A stretch of 64,000 nt of DNA, taken from positions 48,954 to 112,953 of the forward strand of contig JAWQFM010000024.1 of NCBI GenBank assembly GCA_033442325.1, written 5' to 3'. The position numbers and the translations under genes were made by a program. The notes beneath the pieces were generated by a model. The model was not told the DNA's origin. It searched no databases and saw only the letters and a program-made list of their open reading frames with translations. Shown here piece after piece: positions 27,626 through 40,808 of the stretch (positions are counted from its first letter, which is position 1; each line of letters begins with the position of its first letter). Source of the DNA: Salpingoeca rosetta. Its lineage: Eukaryota; Protista; Choanoflagellata.

Positions 27626-30600
27626 GAAACAACCACTCATTCGCGACGCTCCCCCCCCCCCCACACACACACACATATCACAATACAGAGTTGCTGTTGT
27701 CTGGCGCAGATATCCTGCACTTTGCTGGAGACGCCATCCTTGCGCTGTGGGAGTGCGACAACATTGGCATCGACAACACGCTGCCGTGTGCCCTGGAGGC
27801 GTGCAAGCGCATCCAGGCCTGTCTGCGCCGGCAGTCCGAGAAGGCCAACGTCCCCCTGCACATCAAGTTGGGCGTGTCGTTTGGCGAAATCAACCTCGTG
27901 CACATGGAGAGCGGCCCGGAGCGCCAGTTCTTCGCCATCGGGCCCGCCGTCGAACGCGTCGCGAATGCACAGAACGTGGCTGCCCGCGGCGACACCATCA
28001 TGTGCAACCACTGCGTGGAGGTCGTGGCCCACCGGTTCCCCATGGAGATGCTGCCCAACGGTTATGGACGCTTGTTCGATCCAAACGCCACATTACCAGC
28101 GCGTGGTCGTGCCCCATGGGTACGCATAGTTGAGTGGTGTGTGTGTGTGTGTGTGTGTGCATGTGTGTGTGTGCATGTGTGTGCATGTGTGTACTTGAGT
28201 CAGGTTCGTGTATTGAAAGCTGAAACGTGCGCGCTCAAACGATTGGCTTGTTGGTTGCGCTTGTGTTGGTTACGTGTGCATTCCTCTTGTTGTGTGTCCC
28301 TTTGCTGGTCCATTTTGCCACCTGCCTCATGGCGCTCTCATCCCGCCTTCCATACACACACACACACACATCTCCTGGTGTGTTGATTGTTCCTCCGTGT
28401 CACAGCGGCGGATGCTGGGCCTCCTGCGACGCTCCAAGAAGACGGCAAGCGGCAGTCCCGCAACCAACCACCAGCATAGCGACCAGCAACAGGGGGTGAG
28501 AACGGGCGCCACAGTGCTACTGCTCGATCATGTCTCACCTCGTGCTTACACGCACACATGTCACGCACACATGCATGATACACAAACACACACACATAAA
28601 TGACACGCACACACGCATACACAATCTCTCTCGCTCTCCCACTCTTATGTCCACACACACGCAAACACACACACACACACTCACGCACACACTCACACAC
28701 GCACACTCACGCACACACTCACGCACACACACTCACACGTAAACACACACCACAAACACAAACACACACATGCACACACTCACATCAGGTGCACCGGGCA
28801 ATGTGCACCGCAAGCAGCGAGTACAACTGGCCGGCATTACGGGCATATGTGCCCCGCAATATTCTGCTGCGCATGCACGACACGACTGACCTGCGCTGGC
28901 TGGCTGAGATCCGCGCCATCACCACCGCGTTCGTCAAGGTGTCCCTGCCACAGGACATCAGCGACAGCATCACGCACACGGCGGCGGCCCTCCAGCGCGC
29001 GTTTGACGTCATCTCGCCCTGCGCCCGGCGGATGGGCGGTACCGTGGCAAAGGTGCTGGCCTTCGATAAGGGATACACCTTCATGGTCGTGTTCGGTCTC
29101 CCCGGGCAGAAGCTGGAGCACGGCGGCAAGCACGCCCTCCTCGCCGCCCGCACCTTCCACGCCGGCGTGTGCGCAGCGCTGCCGTCAGCGCAGGTCGGCA
29201 TTGGCGTGGCCACGGGGCCCGTGTACTGCGGGGTGGTTGGCCATCCACTGCGCCACGAGTACACCATCATTGGCGACAGCGTGAACGTGTCCGCCCGCCT
29301 CATGGTCGCCTTCCCAAACGCCGTCGTGTGTGACGAAGTGACGCGTGCCCAGGCGCTCGCCCTGCCCCTGAAGCCGCTGCCACACCTCGAGCTGCGCGGG
29401 AAGACAAACGCGGGGGAGTTCTTCATGCTGCCAGTGGTGGATGGGACGCCTGACACCGGCACTGACGACGACGGGGTGGATGTTGTCGAGACGACCGAAA
29501 GCCATCCTCAACAGCAACACGCCGAAGAGGTGGATGAGGCCAAAGGCGGCGCCCTCAAGCCATCGCACGGCGTGGCGGCAGAGGCAGATGCCCACCCCGA
29601 TGGTCTCGATGCTGATGACGGTGGTGGTGATGATGACAACGCAACACACAGCACCTCCAGTGCCAACCGAGCGACGAGCACATCCAGAGCGACAGCGAAT
29701 GACACGACCGCCGCCACAGCTAACGCCGCAAACACCGCCGCGAGTGGTAGCGAGAACGATGGAGACAGCAGCCCGCGTGCGAGCCTGATTGGGCGCGCGA
29801 CGCAACTTCGACGCTTCACGCAGCTGATCACAGAGGCAGGGATGGGCAGCACACGCACATGCACGCGCGTGTACCACGTGAGCGGGGAGACGGGCATGGG
29901 CAAGACACGCCTGCTGGCTGCGATGAAGGGCGTGTGCCAGCAGCGAGGCATCCCTTCCCTCGCAGGTGCCGCCGAGCGGATGGACAGCACCACCCCGCTT
30001 GCCGTCGTGCGTCAGCTGCTGCTGCAGGGACTGACGACAAAGGCAGGAAGCAGCGCAACGCACCAGCGGCTTCGAGCCCTCCGCTCTGTCCTCGCCCGCG
30101 TGAGCGCATCGGATACCGATGTGACAACGCCCCACGTTGCCGCCTTCCTACGCTTGGACGACGGGTCCTTGCATCACGGCGCTGGTGCGGGCATGCGTGT
30201 GCACGGCAGGGCCACTGCCACTGGTGGACGCAGCACCACATCGCGCCTCCCTGGCAGCCGCTTCCTTGCCATGCAGCAGCAGCAGCAACGCCACCACCAC
30301 CACCACCGCCACCAGCAGCACCACAGTCGCCACGAACACAGCAGCGCACGCGGGGCCGTTGGCGGCGTTCCACGGCAACTGAGCGCAAGGACGCTGCGAC
30401 CGCTGCTGCGAGACGTGTTGGCGGTATTGACTCAGAATGCAGTTGTGTTTGTGGACGATGTGCAGTGGTGTGACGCCGCATCGTGGCAGCTGCTCTCAAC
30501 CCTGGTTATGCTCCACCACCAACACTCTGACAGCGACAAGGGCGATTATGATGATGATGACGACGACGACGACGATGACGATGACGATGATGATGGTGGT

Positions 30601-33600
30601 GGTGGCGGTGAAAAGAATCATGTCGGGGATCATGATGTTGACGCTGGAGGTGTGAATTCAGCAGCTCGGCGCCGCCACACGAACAAAGCACTGGCGTCGT
30701 CAGAAAACAATGACCGGGGTGGCTCGATCACCGGCTGCACGGGGCCGCTGCTGCTCGTGCTGGCGGGTCGCCCTCTCTCCACACCGTCGCTCGCCCCGGC
30801 TGCTGCAGGGCTGCCACAGCAAACAGCAACAGAACAATCAACAACCCCAACAGCCACACAGACAGCAGCATCGGGGAAGCGGGATGGTCGCCGTCCGAGT
30901 GGTGAAAGTGTATTCAACGCCACACCCGAGCTGCTGCAGTCACCGGCCACCGTCAGTGAAGCCTTGGCGCCACTGTCGAACGAGGAGGTCAAGCAGCTGG
31001 CAGCGGCAAAGCTGAAGGTCGATGTGGTTCCAGACCGTCTGGGCAGGATGCTGCATGCCAGGAGTCAGGGCAACCCGCTGTACTGCGAGCAACTGATCAT
31101 GTCACTCGTGGAGCACGGGGTGCTGGTGGCGACGGGGGAGGGTGCTGCTGCGTGGATGCACACCAACGGCAGCAGTAACAACGGGTTACCGCCAGCAGGA
31201 GCGCCAGACATGGGGGCGCTGTCTCCAAGCATCAGCTCCCTCTCCCTTTCCGGTGTTGCGGGTGAAGTGGGTCGCGCGGCATCCGTGCACATGCTGGACC
31301 AAGTTCCCGTCCCAAATACCCTGCACGACATTCTCCTGCACCGCTTCGATCAGCTCTCCGCCACGACGCTGCTCGTGCTCAAGTGCGCCGCCGTTGTCGG
31401 CATGGACTTCCACGTTCGCGACCTGTCTTTCTTCACGGACATCACGGGGGTGCGCCACACCATCGTGCGCAACCTGCGTGAGCTCGACAAGGCCGAGATG
31501 ATCGAGTTTGTGCCCTCCGCTGCCGGAGACCTCCCGCGCTGCCGGTTCCGCCAGGAAGTTGTCCGCAGCGCCGCCTACGACCTGTGGCCGCCGTCAACGC
31601 GCGTCAACTTGCACGCCAGGTACGCTGCTGCCCTGGAGAACTGGGCACACGTGCAGGAGCAGCAACAGCAGCAGCATCTCGAGGAAGGGCACGGGCGATA
31701 CAGTCGCGTGAGTGGCGGAAATGTCATGGTCACCAGCAGCGGCGGCAGCCGAAGAGACAGTCGTTCCCAACGCCAGCAGGACCACGAGTACAGGCGCGCG
31801 TCTGCCCGCCACAGCCACGGGCGCCTCAGCGTACAGCTGCTGGTGCCGCCGTCGCTCTCACAGGACGCGTTTGCAGCGGAGGAGCGCCTGCTCGACCCAA
31901 TGGTGATGGCGGACCACTGGCTGCGGGGGGAGCGAGCCGACAAGGCATGCTCCTACCTCGTGACAGCTGCACGCGACAATCTTGCGGACGGCGAAGTCGG
32001 TTCCGCCCTCTCGCTGCTGTTGCGCGCGCAACGGCTGCAGGCGTCAAACACGTTGCCGAAGCTCGCGCGCTTGCGCGTTCTCACGCTGCTGGCAGAGACA
32101 TTCAGCACGCTGGAGCAGCACAAGCATTGCGTCCGCGCGTGTCTTGATGCGTTGCGACTGCTGGGCGTGCACGTCCCGCGTCGCTGGCCGGTATTGTGGT
32201 CTGTGCAGCTGCACATGTGGAATCGAACAGGCCGGCGCAATCACCGCCCACGCACGCACAGCCCCGCTGGGACACGCAACAACAGCAGTCGTGGTGGGCA
32301 TGTGGCGAGCGGAGCAAATGCCCGTGATGCTGACGCGGGTGGCCCTGCAGATGGCGAGGCTCAGGGTGATGGCAGCGGTGATCGACACAGGGTCAGCGTT
32401 GCAGGTGTCAGCGTTGCAGGTGTCAGCGTTGTTGGCCGCAGGTCGGATGGCAGTGGTGTCGGTGCATATGCAACCCAGCAGAGGCCTGCGGGCGAAGAGA
32501 AGCGCCGCAGACAAATCCTGAGAAGAGCGCCAGCAATGAAAGGGAAGCAGGGGCCAACGGGGGTGAGCGGATACAACAGCCATGGTCGTGCTCGTGTTGA
32601 GGTGCATGACATTCACCATCCAGTCATGCCCAACAGCAGCGGGCACGAGGGTGCTGGGTTGCGCGCGGGTGTCGGCGCGGTTGAGGCAGCGGCATCCCAG
32701 CCCTCGCGGCCGCCAACAACGCGAACAGCAGCAACGACAGCAGGGACATCAGCGGTGGGGAAGACGACGGGAAAACCAAAGGTTGTGGTGAGCAGAGGTG
32801 GAAGGGCGACGAAGCTCACTGGCACCAGCAGCAATGGAACAGGTGACACCACAGCAGGTTCTGGCAGTGCCGAAAATGGTGACGACAACGATGATGGCTT
32901 TGGTGGCGACAGCGAGGAAGAGACGTTGAAACAAGGCTGGGCAGATATGGCTGCCGGTGCTTTATCGCACTTGACAACTGCGTACCAGGCATTGGGCAAC
33001 ACGCAGGCAGCGGCGTGTGCGGCGTTTGTTCTGGTCCGCGTGGTGCAGAGACATCAGCAGCCGCGGCCGCTGTTTGATGAGGCACTCACGTTCCTGCTGC
33101 TCGTTGGCCAACACGCAAGACAGCGCGCGCTCCTGGCGTGGTGCAACCGTGCACTGACCACAACGCTGGCGTTTCCAGCCACACCGGAGCAGCTGTACTT
33201 GCTGGACACACACACGCTCGTGTCGTTTTCGCGCGGGTGTTTGCGGCACGTGCTCAACAGCACGCGTCGCGCCTCAGACATCTGCACGCACTTTGGCCTG
33301 AGCGGGCACGCGGCAACGGTGCTGCTGTGGCGAATGTTGGCAGCGTTGTACCTGCTCGATGCCGACGTGCTGTCCACCTCCCACCGTGTGTGTGTGCGCA
33401 TCACGCTGGGGCGGCAGCACACCGCGAGCACACAGGCGATGCAGTTTATGGGCGGGCGAAGGCGAAGCAGAGGGTACAGCACAGACAGCAACAGCAGCAT
33501 CGGCACCCCCGTCTATCCAACAGGCGCGTCTGACGCACGTATGAGCGAGCAGTGGCCGCGAAAGTCCATCACAACAGCCGTCCCACCACAACCACAAACA

Positions 33601-35552
33601 GCAGCAGCTGCTGTGGTCGCGGGCGGTGGCGGTGGTGGTAAACATCCACCCATCTTACTTGCGGTGCCACCAGCATCCTCCCAGTCCAGGTCATCCCACC
33701 GCAGTGTTGACGATGACGGCTGCGATGACAGGCCACATCATCGTTGTGATCATGATCTCAGTGGCGACAGCTCTGGCGAGTCTGTGCATGATGCCACTGT
33801 AGTTGAGATCCAGCACCATTCGAGCGACGTGAACGGCAATCATGAAGAGGAAGTGACACCGCCACCGCCGGCGCAGCCACGTCCGAGCTGGCGCCGGCCA
33901 AGCCGTCCGTCCATCTTCAGCATCCGCAGCGCCGCCCATGTGCCGAGTAGGAGCCGAACCAGTGTTGACACAGCCACAGCGTCGCAGCAGCAGCAGCAAG
34001 GGCGAGGTAGTTTGGTGCATCCTGACAGCGACGCACCCCAACCACACGGTAGCGGAATGGCGACGCTGGGTGTTAGCGACACGGACAATGACGACCAGGG
34101 TGGCAGTGACGATGGTGATGGTATTCGCGGTGGTCGTAGCAACGGCAGCGTTGCTGATTTCACGACGGCGTCGCCTGCGCGGCGACGGCGACGAAGAGGG
34201 AGCTCCATTCTCACAGACTTCAGCAGCGCGAACGGCATCAGCGCGCCGGCATCGTTCACCTCCAACAACTGCGGTGATGCGGATGATGCAGTGATGGTGC
34301 ACGGTGGTTTGAGCATGAGTCAGACACCGCCAGATGTGCAGGCGACAGCCTGCATTGCGATTGCACTCAACTGTGTGTTCTGCCGTGCAGGTCATTTTGC
34401 GCCATCATCCGCAGTTCCGTGTGATGCTGGCCTGTGGCCCAGTGGCGACGATGTGCACCTGTGGACAGACATTGCAGCACTCGCAACTGACATGACTGGT
34501 GCTGTTGCTCCCGACCTTCAAGCCTGTCTGCTCGCGATCCTCGCAGTGCGGTGTGTTGTGTGTTGTGTTTGTAATGTTGTGATGTGTCATGTTGTGTTGT
34601 GATATGTTGTGTCTTGTTGTGTTGTGTTGTGTTGTATTCATGCGCTGTCATGTCACTTGTTCTAAGGCATCCCTCGCCGTTCTCAACCCGCAGTCACTCT
34701 TGCCACCACCACCACCACCACCACCACCACCACCACCACCACCACCACCACCACCACCTTGTCCACCTTCTCTTCCTCCTGTCACCCTCCACTGCCGCCA
34801 TGGCATGATGCTGATGCAGGGCTGCGCTGCAAGGGCAGCAGCATCTCGTTGAACGCCACTTGGCTCTGGTGGACATCGATGCTCTCGTCCACCCATGCAG
34901 CGCCATGGATGCCTTGAGCGTGAGCCTGTGCTGTTTTGCTGCCACCATCGCATTGCTGCACTGGAACGACAAGGAGAGCAACACGCTGTTCGCGCGGTGG
35001 TGTGGTGCGCTCGCATCCATCCATCGCACCCACCCCGTCCACACGCCGCGTCTTCATTTCATGGCAGCACTCGTCCTCTTCAAGCGGCGCCTTCACAGAC
35101 GCGCACTCGCCATGTTCCGCAAGTGAGTGAGTGAGTGAGTGAGTGAGTGAGTGAGTGAGTGAGTGAGTGAGTGAGTGAGTGAGTGAGTGAGTGAGTGAGT
35201 GAGTGTATGTGAGTATGTATGTGTACGTGTATGTGTACGTGTGTGTACGTGTGTGTGTGTGTGTGTGTGAGAGTGCATATGGTGAGGTACCTGCACTCAC
35301 TTCCATCCACCTGTCCCAAACTGCCAACTGCCTCTCTGCACCCGGCGCAGGGCTGTGAAGAGCGCAGAGCGCTATGGCGTCGCGTACGATGCAGTGTGGA
35401 TCTCCACCACAGCTGCCCGCTTGTTCCCAAAGTTCAAGGAGTGGCAGCATGGCGTTGATGAAGTTCGTGTCGACATGCCCGATGTCGCGTCCATCGTCCT
35501 CCGCCCACAGCACGGGCAGCAAGAGGGGTTCAACCTCAATCAGAGCACTTGA
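27000..35552 (+). CDS. ADCY10: Soluble adenylyl cyclase type 10-like: two class III cyclase domains + STAND-type NTPase + helical C-terminus
   Basis: C1: FADIS|GFT, FAGDA. C2: [30 protein letters not shown]. Walker [10 protein letters not shown], Walker [18 protein letters not shown]. Very large exon ~28789-34550; last exon ends NQST* at 35552. Confidence 0.92.
35123..35204 (+). repeat. (GTGA)n tract beginning exactly at a 5' splice site
   Basis: About 20 units starting at the donor after ..AMFR. Confidence 0.85.
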
Positions 35553-36002
35553 TTACTGTACACGGCCGTGTGTGTGTGTGTGTGTGTGTGTTTGCTGTGT
35601 GTGTTTGCTGTGTGTGTTTGCTGTGTGTGTGCTGTTGTGCAAGCGAGAATGAGAGCGTCAACACGACACCAGCTCACCGCCGTTGCATCCTTACGCTGTA
35701 GCTCCACTGTTCTTTATTTTGGGTTTCGCAATGAACAAGCAACACGATCATTTTGAGCGGAGCACACACATACACAATGAACGCACACACAATACACAAT
35801 GTACGCACACACAATACACAATGTACGCACACACAATACACAATGTACGCACACACACACAAGCAAGCAAGCACACAATGCACAGGGCTGACAGTCAACA
35901 CATAACCACGACATAAGAATGGAAATCAAGGTGTACATCCACAGTCAATCACGTCACGCACACACACGCATGAAGACGTCATGAGGGAGCGGAGGAAGGG
36001 GA

Positions 36003-36504
36003 TCACTTGTCCTCGGGTGTGGGGTCGCTGTTGTCCTTGAGGAACTGGCGCAGCGATGGGTCCATGTAATACGGACGATCCTGGCAGTGGCAGCAGCAGC
36101 AGAAGCAGAAGCAAGCGGCGAGGGGATATGTGGAGCGAGGAATTTGACGTGAGATGATGTGAAGTAAGGCAGTGCAGGTTGTGGTGTGGTGTAATGCTGT
36201 GATGTGCTGTGATGTGCTGTGATGTGCAGTGATGTGACGTGCAACCATACAGTCTGCGATCGTCGGACGTGACAACAGAAGCAGGTGCGGTACCTTTCCG
36301 TTGTTGCGCTTCTCGTCTTCGGCGAAGCAGAGGAAGATGGTGTCGACGGTCATGTCGTACACGTTGAGGAACTGGTCGGCGATGATGTACGCAATCACGC
36401 AGCACACGAGCACGACAGCGCCAAAGTAGTTGAGGTCCTCCTTGAACGACGTGTTGAGCTGCAGGCAAGGTATGGGGTGTACTCGTGAGCAGAGGAAGGA
36501 AAGG

Positions 36505-36597
<93 letters not shown>

Positions 36598-38142
36598 GTC
36601 ACATGCTGACAGTGATTGGCGCAAGAAAAAGGATACGACAAAGACACGAAAGCCTGTCTCATCTTCATACGACACAACACACGAAGCATGGTGATTGCGT
36701 GCACGCGTGTGTGTTCGGGTGCTTCACCTCTGTGATCCAGTAGTAGGCGATGATGCCGACGCCGGCGACGACGAAGAGCTTGCAGATGAAGAGGACGAAG
36801 GACGTGACCAGGTTCAGCACGGCAACGCGGATCGCATTCTCAAGCAGCGTCTTGAACGCCTGATGGCCGGACAGGGCCGTGGCGGTAAATGGTGGTGATG
36901 GTGGTGGTGGTGGTGGTGATGGTGGTGGTGGTGGTGGCGAGGATGATAGGAGTGGTGAGTGGGTGCGTGATTAAAGGTCGGAGAGAAGGGAGAGCGGGTT
37001 AGATGGCGCAGAGTTCGGTCAGCTCTGCACAACTTTGTACCAGGAGCTGACAAGTTCATGCGTTCATGTGCACGTGGATGCATGCCTGCATGTGCGCACC
37101 TGTCTGGCGGCTGTGCAGAAGGAGTAGCCGTAGATGGCAATCTCGATGTAGGCGTTCTTGTTGATGAAGCGAAGGAACTTCTCCAGGCACCACAGGCAGC
37201 ACCGGAAGCACTTGACGAGGAAGTCCACGATCGGCCCCTTGTTCACCTCAAGCTTGTGGTTGATGTACTCAAACACAAACCGCACCAGCTACAGATGCGG
37301 CGTTGAGCGAAAAAGATGAGGAAAGGGGGTGGTGAGGCGAGTTGCCATGCGATGCAGTGAGAGCAGGGGGAACACACCCAAAGTCAAGAAGGTAACACAC
37401 GAGCAATACGTGCATGAATGCACGAACACGTACAAAAGCGTGCACGAGTGCATGTACAAGCGAGCACGTGCACAAGTGCGCGTCCAATACTGTAATTGAA
37501 AGCCGACCTTGACGAGGGCGATGATGAGGGAGCCGAACGCGGCTGATCCGAGATGGTAGCGGATGAGACGCCCGACCGACGCCCAGAACGACTCGGACTT
37601 CTCGTCCTTGCGTGTAAAGTACCTGAACACACGCACAGCAGCCAGTCAGGAGTAGAACGCGCGTGAGGCAAAAGGGAGTGAGGGGCGTGACAGTCATTCA
37701 GGAGCAACAACTGCAACACCAGCAGTAACACCGGAAACAACTGCGGCAGGAGCAGTTGGAACCACGCCGGCAAAGGCGACGGCCATCACCGCTGTGCTTC
37801 TAACCATGATGCGACGGCGCCGGCAATGGCAATCTCCTGGCAGGCGAGGATGAACTGGGAGATCCAGAAGAGGCCAAAGAGGTGGTACCACCACATCTCG
37901 CGGTAGTTGGTGCTGCGAGCGTGAAGATTAAGTGGATGGCAATGGTAACGTGAGCGATGAGCGGGCATGCAAGAGAGCCAAGAGCTGAACATGTACAAGT
38001 GACAAACAACATGCACAAAAATGAACAACATGCACACAGAGCCATGAAGAAGCACAATAAAGCACACAACTCCCGCCTCACACACACACACATACGCACA
38101 CACACAGAGGAAAATCCCGCCTCTTCACACACACGCACGCAC

Positions 38143-38187
<45 letters not shown>

Positions 38188-40457
38188 AACCCCCCCCCTT
38201 CTTTGGGCTGTGACTCACGGGTCGTCGTATTGGATGCGGCCTTGGACGAGTCGGCCGTCACCAGATGTGGCCATGTACGCATACACGGCGAGCCAGTACG
38301 CAATGAACGAGATCATAAACACGTTCGTCAGGATGGGCGTCAGGTACAGCTGGGAAGCATGTAAAGGGGGTGGCGTGGGTGAGGACACAAACATGAATGT
38401 ATTGGTGATGATGGGAAGTGAGAAGGAGGTGAGTAGATGAGGTCAGAGATGAACACAGGGAAAAGATACACACGCAGCCACATTTATACACAACATCACG
38501 CACTCACACACATGCAATTACATCAACACACACGTAAACAATCACGGCGCGCGCACACACACACACACATGCACACACGCATACTATCACGCATGCAATC
38601 ACGCATACAATCACATTCACACACATACACATGTGCACGCACCCATGGCATGCTGACGACGGCCTTGCTGCCTTGTTGGAGGATGACAACGGAGAGGCGA
38701 ATGCGGTTGCGAACAGCGAGCGTGATGAGCCACAGGAGGCCGGTGAACACCCACAGGAAGATCATGAACCCGTACAGCAAGCGCTCGTTGCGCACATCTG
38801 TGTCGAGGCGCTCGCTCTTGGGCGTGCTGTTGAGGTCATCCTTGAGACCGCGCCACTCCGTGTATGTGACGACAGAGAGGGCGAGGGTACCGCCGAGGCC
38901 AAGAATGATCAGGCTGTACACCAGCACCTTCACGCAGCAGCTGCAAAAAAACACAAAGAGAGCGTGGGGTGGGGAGTCAGGCAAGAAGCATTGTGGGACG
39001 TGTCAGGTGGTGATGGCTGTAACAAGGGAAGAAAGGTTGCGCAAACGTCAGCGCAGACATCAAACCCGACCGCCAACTCCCGGGGGGAGGGGGAGGGGGA
39101 TCGATAGTTGACAGACGTGCAAACAAGCACCAAATACACAAGCAAACACACCCACACACACAAGCATACACACACACAAATACACACACAAGCAAACAAG
39201 CCAACAGAGCATGGAGATTCATATTACCGCATGAGGAGGATGACGAGGAAGCAGACGACAACGGCGACGATGGCGGCATAGCCGAACATCTCGTAGCCGG
39301 CGATGAGGTCCGAGAACACCTGCTCGACCAGGTCATAGCTGTTGAAGATGTTGATCGTGCTCGTTTGCAGCGACTCCACTGCAATGTGCGTATGTGTAGG
39401 GAGGGGGGCAAAGGTACAAGGCGTGCATGGGTGTGAAGATGAGGATGAGGCACAGTCACCAGTGACAGTGGCACGTGGGCAAATGTCCCCAAATACAAAC
39501 TCTCTCACACTCACTCACACTCATACTCACACACTCGCTCACGCTCACACTCACACTCACACTCACACACACACATACAAACTCACACTCACACACTCGC
39601 TCACAATTTGTACGACAATCACTTGTCACACTTACGGCCAGGAACGCAGCGACGAAGACCAAAGTAGTTCTTGGATGAGTAGACCGAGTCTGGGCACTCG
39701 TTGGCACCATCCGGGATCACGGACGCTGTGCGATGTTGGGTTAATGTAAGTGCATGAATGTGACGAGGGAAAATGTGAGGGTTGAGTGTGTTCCCCAATC
39801 GGGGCTCAAGCGGTGCCACCGGGCGGCATACACCGCACACTCACACAAGCAAACACACGCAGACGCACACGGGCGCGAATCGACAAACGCCACAAAACAA
39901 CATACGCACGCACAAGCAAACACCACAAGCACACATCCACACGCACACACGCAAACAACCACACACGTACAGTTGTATGGGCCGTTGCTGAAGCAGACAC
40001 CGGCGTTCTGGCACGGCGTGACGTCAAAGACACAGCTCTCAACGGCCGTGTCGTTGTTGTTGAGGGTCGGACAGGCACTGACGCACACAGCGAGGCTGGC
40101 ATCCAGCGCGGTGGGATCGAGAAAGTACAGGAACTTGTAGTTGCGGAGATCGAGGCCGACGTTGGGGTTGCCGGTGCTGTTCTTGACCACAAGCCCCGTG
40201 TTGTCAACGCCGCAGATGTTGCCGAAGGAGTCCGTGCCGTAGATGATGCGCAGCGGGTTGCCGGTGTGGAAGGAGCGCCAGGCGATGACGGCCATACCGC
40301 AGCAGAAGACAACAAAGAGCAGCAGGAAGAACACGTCGCGAAGGCGGCGGCCCTCCTTGATTGGGCCCTTGAGCTCATTCTTGTTGCGCTTCAGCGTCTC
40401 GTGCACCTCCTGCACCTCAGGATCTTCATCCTCGTGCGTGCAATAGCAGCACCCCAT
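36003..40457 (-). CDS. Choline transporter-like protein (SLC44/CTL family), multi-exon
   Basis: MGCC start, [99 protein letters not shown]. Confidence 0.95.
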
Positions 40458-40808
40458 GGTGGCTGGTGGAGAGATGCGCTTGCCTGTGCTTGGTTGGCTC
40501 GGACGGACGGGTGGACGGTAAGGGGTGAGGCCGGTTCGCTGGCTGGTTGAGAGGAGGAGCGCTGTTGAGTGAAAGCAGCAGCAGTTGGTTGTTGTTGTTG
40601 TGTGAAGAGAAACGAAACACGCGAAGAGAAAGAGGGGTGTGGCCATTTGGAATTCGCTTCCTCGCATCGAATCATTCCACGAAATGTAATTGTTTTGTGG
40701 ATGCAGGTAACAACAACAAAGAGCGGACAACAAGGAACGACAACCACAACTGCAACCACACACGTGCACCACCACGCTCAACAACAACAGCAACTCTCAC
40801 CTCCAACG

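Noticed and set aside
28600-28788. N-terminus of the 2000-aa ORF (and the 5' extensions of ORFs 51621-55574 and 60096-62768)
   Set aside because: Intron or UTR sequence that happens to be open; real boundaries are the acceptors or downstream ATG.
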